Under the pieces are notes generated by a model that was not told the DNA's origin, did not search any database, and saw only the letters and a list, made by a program, of their open reading frames with translations. This document shows positions 1 through 12,000 of a stretch of DNA of 64,000 nucleotides, piece after piece. Positions within the stretch are counted from its first letter, which is position 1, and the number at the start of each line of letters is the position of its first letter. The translations under genes were made by a program, and so were the position numbers. The stretch spans positions 104-64,103 of the forward strand of contig DATEIO010000954.1 of assembly GCA_035278895.1 (NCBI GenBank), given 5' to 3'. Source of the stretch: Thermoanaerobaculia bacterium (GTDB taxonomy: Bacteria > Acidobacteriota > Thermoanaerobaculia > Multivoradales > UBA5704).

Positions 1-3000
1 CCCTGCGCGCCCTGTTCGAGGGGCCGACCATCGCCGAGTTGGCGGAGCGGGTGCACGCCGCCTTCCAGGCCGGCTCAGGGCTCGAGCTCCCGGCGATCCA
101 GCCGGTGCCGCGCGACCGCGATCTCCCGCTGTCCTTCGCGCAGCAGCGCCTCTGGTTCCTCTGGCAGCTCGAGCCGGAGAGCCCGGCGTACAACAGCCCC
201 AAGGCTCTGCGCATGCGCGGGCCGCTGGACGTCCCGGCTCTTGAGCGCACGCTCGACGAGATCGTGCGGCGCCACGAGGTCCTGCGCACCACGTTCCCCT
301 CCACGGACGGCCGGCCGGTCCAGCGGATCGATCCGGAGGCGCGGCCCGGCTTGCCGGTGCACGATCTCTCGGCGGACCCCGACCGCGAGGAGCGGGCGCG
401 CGCGGCGTTCCGCGCCGAGGCGCAGCGACCGTTCGACTTGGCGCGCGAGATCCCGATCCGCACCCGGCTTCTCGTTCTCGGCCCAGAGGACCACGTCCTC
501 CTGCTGACCACCCATCACATTGCCAGTGACGGATGGTCCGTAGCGGTCCTCGAGCGCGAGGTGACCGCTCTCTACCAGGCATTCTCCGCGGGAGAACCGT
601 CGCCTCTGCCGGAGCTGCCGGTGCAGTACGCCGACTTCGCAGAGTGGCAGCGGGAGTGGCTGCAGGGCGAGGTGCTCGAGCGCCAGCTCGCCTACTGGCG
701 CGGCCAGCTCGCCGGCACGCCGCCGGTTCTGGAGCTGCCGCTCGACCGCCCACGGCCCGCGGTGGCAAGTCCACGCGGGAAACGGCTGGCGTTCGCCGTG
801 CCCTCCGCGTTGTCGCGCTCCTTGACCGAGTTGAGCCAGCGGCGTTCCGTGACGCCGTTCATGACCTTGCTGGCGGGCTTCCAGGTCCTGCTGGCCCGCT
901 CCTCCGGCCAGTCGGACGTGAGTGTGGGAACTCCCATCGCGGGGCGCCGCCACATCGAGACCGAAGGGATGATCGGGTTCTTCGTCAACACGCTGGTGAT
1001 GCGCGGTGCGGTGGAAGGGACCCGGAGCTTCGACGAGCTGCTCGGCCAGGTGCGCGAGACGGCGCTCCAGGCCTACGCCCATCAGGATCTCCCCTTCGAG
1101 CGTCTGGTGGACGAGCTCGCCCCGGAGCGCTCGCTGCAGCATACGCCGCTGTTCCAGGTGATGCTGGTCCTGCAGAACGTGGAGCGGGATGGCGTGCAGA
1201 TCGGCGGCCTGGAGCTGTCGCCGTTCGCCGCGGAGCCCGGCGTGGCGAAGCTCGACCTGCTGCTCAGCCTGGGAGAGGAGGCCGGTGTGCTCCGCGGCGA
1301 GCTCCAGTATCGGACTGAGCTGTTCGACCGGGCGACGATCGCGCGCCTGGCCGGCCATCTGGTCTCCCTGCTCGAAAGCGCTGCCGCGGCTCCGCAGAGC
1401 CTCCTTTCCGATCTCGCTCTACTGGCCCCGGCTGAGCGCCATCAGCTGCTGACGGAGTGGAACGACACGGGGGTCCTCCCGGCGGGGCCCGCGACTCTGC
1501 CCGCGCTGTTCGCGGCGCAGGCGGCGCGGAGCCCGCGCGCCGTGGCCGTGGTCTGCGGTGAAGAATCGCTCACCTACGCCGAGCTCGACCGGCGTGCCGG
1601 CCGGCTGGCGCAGCGCCTGCGGGCCATGGGGGTGGGCCCGGAGGTGCGGGTGGGCCTCTGCGCCGAGCGCTCCCTGGAGATGGTCGTGGGGCTGCTCGGT
1701 GTGCTCAAGGCAGGCGGCGCCTATGTGCCGCTCGATCCCGCCTATCCGCAGGAGCGTCTGGCCTTCATGCTGGAGGACTCGGGCGCGCCGGTGGTGCTGG
1801 CCGGGGCCTCGGTCCTCGACCGGCTGCCCCGGGGGACGACGCGGGTGATGGCTCTGGGCGAGGAAGGGGAGGACGGGCCGGAGGTGTGGGCGACGGACGC
1901 GGAGCTGCCGGTGGAGCCGGGCCATCTCGCGTACCTGATCTACACCTCGGGCTCGACGGGACGGCCCAAAGGCGTGGCCATCGAGCACCGGAGCGCCGCC
2001 GCCCTGCTCGCCTGGGCTCGCGAGGTCTTCTCGGACGAAGAGATCGCGGCCGTCTTCGCCTCCACCTCGATCTGCTTCGACCTGTCCGTCTTCGAGCTCT
2101 TCGTGCCGCTGACGCGGGGCGGGCGGGTGGTGCTGGGCGCCGACGCTCTGGAGCTCCCCGGCCTCCCCGCCGCCCGGGAGGTCACCCTGATCAACACGGT
2201 GCCCTCCGCCTTGAGCGAGCTGCTGCGGATGAATGCGGTGCCGCCGTCGGTGCGCGCGATCAATCTGGCGGGCGAGCCGCTGCGCCGGGCCCTGGTGGAC
2301 CGCATCGCGGCGCTGGGCACCGGTGCGCGGGTGATGAACCTGTACGGCCCCTCGGAAGACACAACCTATTCGACGTTTGCCGAGGTCTCCCAGCGCACCT
2401 CCGAAGAGCCGCGGATCGGCCGGCCGGTGAGCGGTTCCGCGGCCTATGTCCTGGATCGGGACGGGCAGCCGGCGCCGCTGGGAGTGGCCGGCGAGCTCTA
2501 CCTGGCCGGCGCGGGCCTGGCGCGCGGCTACCTGGGCCGGCCGGAGCTGACCGCCGAGCGGTTCGTCCCCGACCCGTTCGGCAGAGAGCCTGGCGGACGC
2601 CTGTATCGCACGGGAGATCTGGTACGGCAGCGGAGAGAAGGCGATCTGGACTTTCTGGGCCGCATCGATCACCAGGTCAAGATCCGCGGATTCCGGATCG
2701 AGCTGGGGGAGATCGAGGCGGCTCTGCTGGCGCAGCCGTGCGTCCGCGAGGCTGTCGTCCTGGTGCGCGAGGACCGGCCGGGAGACCGGCGCCTGGTGGC
2801 CTACGTGGCCGGGGATGCGGTGGAGCCCACGCTCCTCCGGGAGCGGCTCGGCGAGCGGCTCCCCGCCTACATGGTGCCCGCCCTGTTCGTGCAGCTCAGC
2901 GCCTTGCCGCTGACTCCCAATGGCAAGGTCGACCGGCGGTCGCTGCCGGTCCCCGAAGGAGAGCGGCCGGAGCTGCGGTCCGGATTCCTGGCTCCAGGCA

Positions 3001-6000
3001 CGCCTGCCGAGCAGACCCTGGCTGCGATCTGGTCGCAAGTGCTGGGGGTCGCGCAGATCGGCGCTCACGACAACTTCTTCGAGCTCGGCGGCGACTCGAT
3101 CCTGAGCATCCAGATCGTCGCCCGCGCCAATCAGGCGGGGCTGCGGCTGACACCGCGCCAGATCTTCCTGCACCCCACGGTCGCAGGCCTGGCCGCGGCG
3201 GCCGGCGATCCGGAGAGCACGCCCGCCGCCGAGCAGGGGCTGGTCACCGGCCCGGTGCCTCTGACGCCGATCCAGCATTGGTTCTTCGACCAGGGCTTCC
3301 ACAGGGTCGACCATTTCAATCAGGCGGTGTTGCTGGAGGTGAGGAAGCCTCTGGAGCTGAAGGTCCTTGAACAGGCCGTCCTCCACCTCCTGGCCCACCA
3401 CGACGGGCTGCGTCTGCGCTTCGTCCAGGAGCCCTCCGGATGGCGGCAGGAGATCGGGGACCTGCCGCAGCAGGCGCCGGTCCTCTTCCTCGATCTGTCG
3501 GCCCTGCCGGAGGACCCGTGGAAGGACGCGCTGGAAAGGGAGGCGACCCGCGTGCAGGCCAGCCTGAGCCTGACCTCCGGTCCGATCGTCCGCTGCGCCC
3601 TCATCCATCTCGGCGACGGTGAGCCGGACCGCCTGCTGATCGTCGTCCACCACCTCGCCGTGGACGGAGTCTCCTGGCGCGTGCTGCTGGAGGACCTCCA
3701 GAGGGCCTGTGAGCAACTGGCCGCCGGAGGCGAGGCGCGTCTGCCCGCCAAGACCTCCTCGTACCGGCAGTGGGCCGAGAGGCTGGAGAGCCACGCCTGC
3801 TCCGCGGCCGTCCGCGACGAGCCGGGCTTCTGGCTTTCCGAAGACCGCCGCAGGGTCCGGCCCCTGCCGGTCGATGACCTCGAGGGAGCCGCCGGACTGG
3901 CGGGCAACACCGCCGGCTCCACGGTTTCCGTCGCTGTCGAGCTCGAAGAGGACGAGACGCAGGCCCTGCTCCAGGAGGTTCCGAAGGCTTACCGGACGCG
4001 GATCGACGAGGTGCTGCTGGCGGCTCTGGCCCTGGCTTCTGAAGACTGGACGGGCGAGCCGCTCTCCCTGGTCGACCTGGAAGGGCACGGCCGCGAGGAG
4101 CTCGGCGCCGACCTCGACGTATCCCGTACGGTCGGCTGGTTCACCTCGATCTATCCGGCGCTGCTCGACACCCAGGGCCTGCGCAGCCCGGGCGAGCTGT
4201 TGAAGTCGATCAAGGAGCAGGTGCGCGGAATTCCAGGGCGCGGCCTCGGCTATGGGCTGCTGCGCTACGCGGGCGGAGATCCGGAGACCGCCGCGGCTCT
4301 GGGTACGCTGCCCCAGGCGCAGGTGATCTTCAACTATCACGGCCAGATCGACCAGGTGCTGGCCGGAAGCTCCATCTTCGCCCCGGCGAGCGAGACCACG
4401 GGGCCGTCGATGGACCCGTCCGAGCGGCGGCGGCACCTGTTGAGCCTCAACGGGATCGTCTCCGCCGGGCGTCTGCGGATGACCGTGCGTTTCAGCGACC
4501 GGGTCTACCGTCCCGCGACGATCCAGGCGCTGGCCGAAGGTTTCCGGCAGCACCTGCGGGGGCTGATCGAGCATTGCCTGTCCCCGGAGGCCGGCGGTGC
4601 GACCCCGGCGGACTTCCCCCTGCTGCGCGCCAGCCAGCGCGAGCTCGATCTCCTGCTGGCCGCGGTGGCCTCCAGCCGGGCGCCGGAAGGCCGCCCCGAG
4701 ATCCAGGACCTCTATCCGCTCTCCCCGATGCAGGAGGGCATGCTCTTCCATAGCCTCTTCGAAGCGGGAACGACCGCCTACGTCTGCCAGTCGCGATACG
4801 CCCTCGAGAACCTGGACGTCCAGGCTTTCGAGCGTGCCTGGGACGCCGTGATCGCTCGCCAGCCGGTCCTGCGCACCGGGTTCTTCACCACCGGGAGCGG
4901 CCGTCCCGTCCAGGCCGTCGAGCGCAAGGCGCATCTGGCTCTCCGGGCCGAAGACTGGCGCGGGCTCGCGGCCGACCGGCAGCGGGAGGGGCTGGACGAG
5001 CTCGCGCGGCGCGAGCGCCAGGAAGGCTTCGAGCTGACGAAGCCCCCGCTCATGCGCCAGGTCCTCGTGCGCGTGGGAGAGCGCGAGCACCACCTGATCT
5101 GGACGCACCACCACCTTCTGATGGATGGCTGGTCCGTGCCTCTGGTCCTCCGCGAGGTCGCCGCCGCCTACCGCGCTTTCTCCGCCGGAGAGCCGCTGGA
5201 GCTTCCGGAGGCACGCCCGTATCGCGACTACATCGCCTTCCTGCAGGCGCGCGACCCCGGCCCGGCCGAGGAGCTCTGGCGGAGGATCCTCGCCGGTTTC
5301 ACGGTCCCGACGGTCCTGCCGGTCGAGCGGCGCGAGGCCTCCGCAAGCCCGGTTGAGGAGCGGGGGAGAGAACAGGTCCGCTGGCCGGCCACATCCTTCG
5401 CCGGGCTCGAGGCGTTCGCGCGCCGCCACCAGCTTACGGTCCATACCCTGGTGCAGGGTGCCTGGGCGCTCCTCCTGGGGCGCTACAGCGGCAGCGATGA
5501 CGTGGTCTTCGGGAGCGTGGTATCGGGCCGCCCGCCGCAGCTCGCGGGTGTGGAATCCATGGCCGGCCTGTTCATCAACACCCTCCCGGTGCGGGTGCAG
5601 ATGCCGCCCCGCGCGTCTGTCCTCCCCTGGCTGCAGTCCCTCCAGGCCGAGCAGCTCGCCCTGCGCGAGGTCGAGCACACACCGCTCGTCCAGGTCCAGC
5701 GCTGGAGCGAGGTGCCGCCAGGAACACCGCTGTTCGACACATTGCTGGTCTTCGAGAACTATCCGGTCGATCCGCGGATCGGCCAGGGGCTGGGAGCGTT
5801 GCAGATCCGGCGGGTCGAAGCGGTCGAGCACACGAGCTATCCCTTGAACCTCCTGGCCGCGGCGTCCGGCGAGCTCTCGCTGACTCTCGAGCACGACGCC
5901 AGCCGGTTCGAGGCCGCCACCATCTGCGCCCTGCGGCTCCATCTGGAGCAGCTTCTGGGAGGGCTCGTGGAGGATCCGCAGCGGTCGTTGGCGGACCTTC

Positions 6001-9000
6001 CGATGCTCGGTGAGGCCGAGCGTCAGCAGATCCTTTCGGAGCACCAGGGACGGGCTCTGGAGGGAGAGGTCGCACCGCGTCTCCACGCGCTGTTCGAGCG
6101 GCAGGCACGGCAGCAGCCGGATGCCATCGCCGTGGTCTCAGGGGACGGCGAGCTCCGTTACGGAGACCTGGACGCTCGTGCCGAGCGGCTGGCGGACTGC
6201 CTGCGCGCTCTCGGCGTGGGACCGGAGGTGACGGTAGGCGTCTGCCTGGAACGCTCGCCACAGCTGCTGGTGGCGCTTCTCGGCGTGCTCAAAGCGGGCG
6301 GTGCGTACGTGCCGCTCGATCCGGGCTATCCGGCGGAGCGCCTGGCCTTCATGCTCAAGGACTCCGGCGCGGCAGTGGTGCTGAGCGAGTCCTCGGTGGC
6401 CGGAAAGCTGCCGGAGAGCCAGGCTCAGGTGGTGCGGCTAGATGACGCCTGGCCGTGGGCGGTCGGTCCCATGGCGGGACCGCCGGCCGAGCCGGGCCAC
6501 CTCGCCTATGTGATCTACACCTCGGGCTCCACCGGGCAGCCCAAGGGCGTGGCCATCGAGCACCGCAGCGCGGCCGCCCTCCTGGCCTGGGCGCAGGAGC
6601 TTTTCTCGGACCCCGAGGTCTCCGCAGTTTTCGCCTCCACGTCGATCTGCTTCGACCTCTCGATTTTCGAGCTGTTCGTTCCCCTGTCGCGGGGCGGCCG
6701 TGTGATCCTGGGGACTGACGCCCTGCAGCTTCCCGATCTGGCCGCCGCCGGCGAGGTGACGTTGATCAACACGGTGCCCTCGGCGATCAACGAGCTGCTG
6801 CGGATGAACGCGGTGCCGCCGTCGGTACGCACGATCAACCTGGCGGGTGAGCCCCTGCGCCGGGCCCTGGTCGACCGCATCGCGGCGCTCGGCACGGTGA
6901 AACGGGTGCTCAACCTGTACGGCCCGTCAGAGGACACGACCTACTCGACCGTTGCCGACGTCCCCCTGGACAGCGCCAGGGAGCCGCGGATCGGGCGTCC
7001 GGTGAGCGGATCGTCGGCGTTCGTCCTGGATCGCCAGGATCGGCTGGCGCCGCTGGGCGTGCCGGGCGAGCTGGTCCTCGCCGGCTCCGGGCTGGCGCGC
7101 GGCTACCTGGGCCGGCCGGAGCTGACGGCCGAGCGCTTTGTGCCCGATCCTTTCGGCAACGAGCCGGGCGGACGGCTGTACCGCACCGGTGACCTGGTCC
7201 GCCGATTGCGCGACGGCGATCTGGAGTTCCTGGGCCGGATCGATCATCAGGTCAAAGTCCGCGGCTTCCGGATCGAGCTGGGAGAAATCGAGGCGTCCCT
7301 GCTGGCGCAACCTGGGGTCCGCGAAGCGGTGGCCGTGGTGCGCGAGGACCGGCCGGGAGACCGCCGGCTGGTGGCCTACTTCGCTGGCGAGGCGGCGATT
7401 CCGGATCTCCGCGAGCGGCTGCGCGAAAAGCTCCCCGCCTTCATGGTTCCATCCTTGTTCGTCGCTCTCGACGCACTGCCGCTGACCCCCAACGGCAAGG
7501 TCGACCGGCGGGCGCTGCCGGCGCCGGAGAGCGAGCGGCCGGAGCCGCGGGCCGGGTTCTCGGCACCGGGCACGCCGGCCGAGCAGACTCTCGCGGAGAT
7601 CTGGGCGCAGGTGCTGGGGGTCGAGCGGGTGGGCGTGTACGACGACTTCTTCGAGCTCGGCGGGGATTCGATCCTGAGCATCCAGATCGTGGCCCGCGCC
7701 AACCAGTCAGGGCTGCGAGTGACGCCGCGCCAGCTCTTCGAGCACCCCACCGTGGCCGCGCTGGCCGCGGTGGCCGGCACCGCGGAGATTCCCAAGACCG
7801 AGCAGGGGCTGGTCACAGGACCGGTGCCCCTGACGCCGATCCAGCACTGGTTCTTCGAGCGTGGCTTCCAAAAGGTCGACCATTACAACCAGGCGCTGCT
7901 CCTCGAGGTACGGCAGCCCCTGGAGCCGGCGGTCCTCGAGCGGGCCGTCCTCCATCTCCTGACGCACCACGATGCGCTGCGGCTACGCTTCTTCCGCGGT
8001 TCCTCAGGGTGGCAGCAGGAGAGCCGTGGTCTGCCGGCACGGGCTCCGTTCGCCCGGATCGACCTGTCCACCCTGGCGCCCGCGCAGCGGCGGGCCAACC
8101 TCGAAGCGGCGGCGACCTGCGTACAGGCCGGCCTGCATCTGGCCACCGGACCGATCGTCCGTTGCGCCCTGTTCCACTTGGGCTCCGGCGAGCCGGACCG
8201 CCTGCTGATCGCCATCCATCATCTGGCCGTGGACGGCATCTCCTGGCGCGTGCTGCTGGAGGATCTCCAGGGGGCCTGCGAACAGTTGGCCGCGGGAGGT
8301 GAGGTACGCCTGCCGGCCAAGACCTCCTCCTTCCGGCAGTGGTCCGAGGCGCTGGAACGCCACGCCCGCTCCGCGGCGGTCCGCGAGGAGTTGGGCTTCT
8401 GGCTCTCCGGAGAGCGCCGCGGGGTGCGGCCCCTGCCGGTCGATGATCCCGCAGGACCCGTGGCGGCCACGGCCGGCTCGGCATTGTCCGTCGCAGTCTC
8501 CCTGGGAGAGGACGAAACGCGCGCGCTGCTCCAGGACGCGTCCCGGGCCTACGGCACCCGGATCGACGAGGTGCTGCTGTCCGCTCTGGCGTCCGCTTGC
8601 GCGGATTGGACCGGCGAGCCGCTGACCTTGATCGACGTAGAAGGGCACGGCCGTGAGGACCTCGGCGCCGGGATCGATGTGTCCCGCACCGTCGGCTGGT
8701 TCACGACGATCTACCCGGTGCTGCTCGACATCCGCGGCCTGTGGAGCCCGGGAGCGCTCCTGAAGTCGGTCAAGGAGCAGGTGCGCGGGATTCCGGGGCG
8801 CGGCCTGGGTTACGGGTTGCTGCGCCACTCCAGCGGAGATCCGGAGATCGCCGCTGCGCTGGGCGAGCTGCCGCAGGCCCAGATCCTCTTCAACTACCTC
8901 GGCCAAGTCGACCAAGCCCTGTCCGGGAGCGCGACGTTTGGTCCAGCCCGCGAGTCGGCGGGTCTGTCGATGGACCCGGCGGAGAGCCGCGAGTACCTCC

Positions 9001-12000
9001 TGGATGTCCAGGGAGTCGTGACCGGGGGACGGATGCACCTGACGCTGCGTTCCAGCGAACGGGTCCACCGCCGGGAAACCTTGGAGGCGTTGGCCGAAGG
9101 GATCTGGCGGCACCTGCAGGCCCTGATCGAACATTGTCTGTCTCCCGAGGCTGGCGGCTTCACACCCTCCGATTTCCCCCTGGCGGCTCTCTCCCAGGCC
9201 GCGGTCGATCGCCTCACCGCGGACCGCTCCGTCGAGGAGATCTATCCGCTCTCACCGATCCAGCTCGGGATGCTGCTCCACGCCCTGCGCGAGCCCGGCT
9301 CCGAGGTCTACTGCGAGCAGATGAGCTGCGCGTTCCGGGGGGAGCTCGATCGCGGCGCACTGCAGGCGGCCTGGCGCGGAGTGGTGAGCCGGCACTCCAT
9401 TCTGCGCACCGGGTTTGTCTGGGAGGGGCTCACCGAGCCTCTCCAGGTGGTCCATCGAGAGGTTGAGCTGCCGTTCGTCCACCAGCTCTGGCGGGACGTG
9501 CCGCCAGAGCTGGTGGAGGCCCGCTTCGCCGCCTTCCTGCGAGAGGACAAACAGCGCGGCTTCGATCTCGCGCAGGCGCCCCTGATCCGCCTGACCCTGA
9601 TCGAGCTCGCCCCGGGCGACTACCGGTTCGTCTGGACGACCCACCACATCGTCACCGACGGGTGGTCGACACCGGTCCTGGTCCGGGAGATGTTCGCCCT
9701 CTATGAAGCACAGCGGCAGGGGCGTGCGGCCGACCTTGCAACGGTCCGTCCGTTCCGCGGCTACATCGCCTGGCTGCGAGAGCAGAGCCCCGCCGCGGAC
9801 GAGCGCTTCTGGCGGCAGGAGCTCGCCGGCATCACGGGGCCCACCCCGCTCGACGTCGACCGTTGGGCTCCCGTTTCCGAAGAAACGAGGCATGGCGAGG
9901 AAAGAATCCAGCTCTCCGCGGCCGTCACCGCCGCCCTGGTTGCCCTGACCCGCCGTTGCAGTGTCACCCTGAGCACGGTCGTCCAGGGGGCGCTCGCCCT
10001 TCTGCTCGGTCGCTACAGCGGCCGGCGCGACGTGGTATTTGGCGCCACGGTCTCGGGCCGGCCGGCGCTGCTTGCCGGTGTCGAATCGATCGTCGGGCCG
10101 TTCATCAATACCCTGCCGGTCCGCGTCCGTGTCCCTGCGGATGGGGAAGACACGGCGTCGTGGCTCCGCGGGCTCCAGAAGCACCAGGCCGAGCGCCAGC
10201 AGCATGAGCACAGCCCCTCGGTTCAACCGTGGAGCGAAGTGCCCCTGGGACTGCCGCTCTTCGAGGTTCTGCTGGTGGTGGAGAACCAGCGGCAGGAGGT
10301 TCCGGCGGGCGGACCGGAAGCGGTGGCCGCAGCGGTCGAGATCCGCGAGGTGCGCTCGGAGGTGCGGACGCGCTATCCGCTCAACCTGGTCGTCCTGCCG
10401 GGCCGCGAGCTGGCGCTTTATGTGCCGTACAACGCCGCGCGGTTCGACGCCGGCACGATCCAGCGCTTCCTGCGGCACCTGGCGACCGCGTTGGAGAGCA
10501 TCGCGGAGGCTCCCGAAGCCCCGGTCTCCGAGATCGCCCTGTTCGACCGCCGCGAGCGGGAGCTGGTGACGAGTGGCGGCCGGAGCCTGGAGGAGCCTCT
10601 GCGCCGGCTCATCGCAGGACGGCGGTCGTGGGGCGATGAGGCCATGGCCGCGGGTCTGGAGGCCCTCCGCGATCCCCGGGTTCAGGTGTTGGATGAGGAC
10701 GGGCGGCCAGCGCCGGTCGGGGTGTCCGGAGAGCTCTGGGTGGAGGAGACCGGCGAGGGCGAGGTGAAGCGGCTCCGGACCGGCGAGCTGGCGCGCTTCC
10801 AGGAGACCGGGGAGATCGAGCTCCTCGGCCCTCTCGGCCAACGGATCGAGATCCGTGGCCGGCGCGTGGATCCGCAGACGGTCGAGCCGGTGCTCGCGGA
10901 GCATCCCGGGGTCGCCGAGGCCGCGGTGCTGGGGATCGGGTCCGTGGCGGGGGGCGAGCTGTGGGCCGGCGTCGTGGCCGCCCCTGGCCAGCCTCTGGAC
11001 GTGGCTGCCCTGCGGACCTGGCTCGAGAGCCGGCTGCCGAAGCACCGGGTGCCGCGCACGATCGTGCGCCTGGACGATCCCCCTCGGACACCGGACGGTG
11101 TGCTCGACCGCCGCTCCCTGCTCGCCACGGCGCGGAGCGCAGCGGAGGGCGCCGGCAGCGCTCCTGGAGAGCCGCTTCAGGAGATCCTGCTGGGTCTCTG
11201 GCGGGAGGTGCTCGGCGTCGAGGACCTGGGGGTGCACGACGGGTTCCTGGAGCTCGGCGGCCACTCGCTTCTCGCGGTCCGGCTGCTCGCCCGGCTGCGC
11301 GAGGTCTTCCAGGTCGAGGTCCCGCTGCGCACCCTGTTCGATGCGCCCAGCGTGGCGGAGCTCGCGCCGCAGCTCGCAGCGATGCTGGCGCTCGGCGGTC
11401 CGCGCGAAGCGCCCGCCCTCGTCCGGGTCACGGACGACCGCGGGCGGGACTTCGCCCCTTCGTACGCCCAGCAGAGGCTCTGGTTCCTCGATCAGCTCGA
11501 GCCGGACAATCCCTTCTACACGCACCTGTTCGGCGTCCGGCTCACCGGCCGTCTGGAGGCCGGGACGCTTGAAAAGGCCCTGTCCGAGATCGTGCGGCGG
11601 CACGAGGTTCTACGCACGACCCTGCCGGCGGTCGCGGGACAGCCGGTGCAGCGGATCGCGCCGCCGCGACCGGTCCGGCTGCCGCTGACCGACCTGGGCG
11701 GTTGTGCCGCGGAGGTGGCGGAGCAGGAGCTCCAGGCCTGGAGCCGGGAGGAGGCCTTGCGCCCCTTCGATCTGACGCGCGGACCGCTGCTGCGTGCCGC
11801 CCTGTTCCGTCTGGCCCCCGACCGGCATGTGATCTTCCTGACGTTGCACCACATCGTCATCGATGCCTGGTCGATCGGCCTCCTCTTCCGCGAGATGGCC
11901 ACGCTGTACCAGGCGTTCGAAGCCGGACAGGCTTCGCCGCTGCCGGAGCTGACGATCCAGTACGCCGACTTCGCGGAGTGGCAGCGGGGCTGGATGCAGG

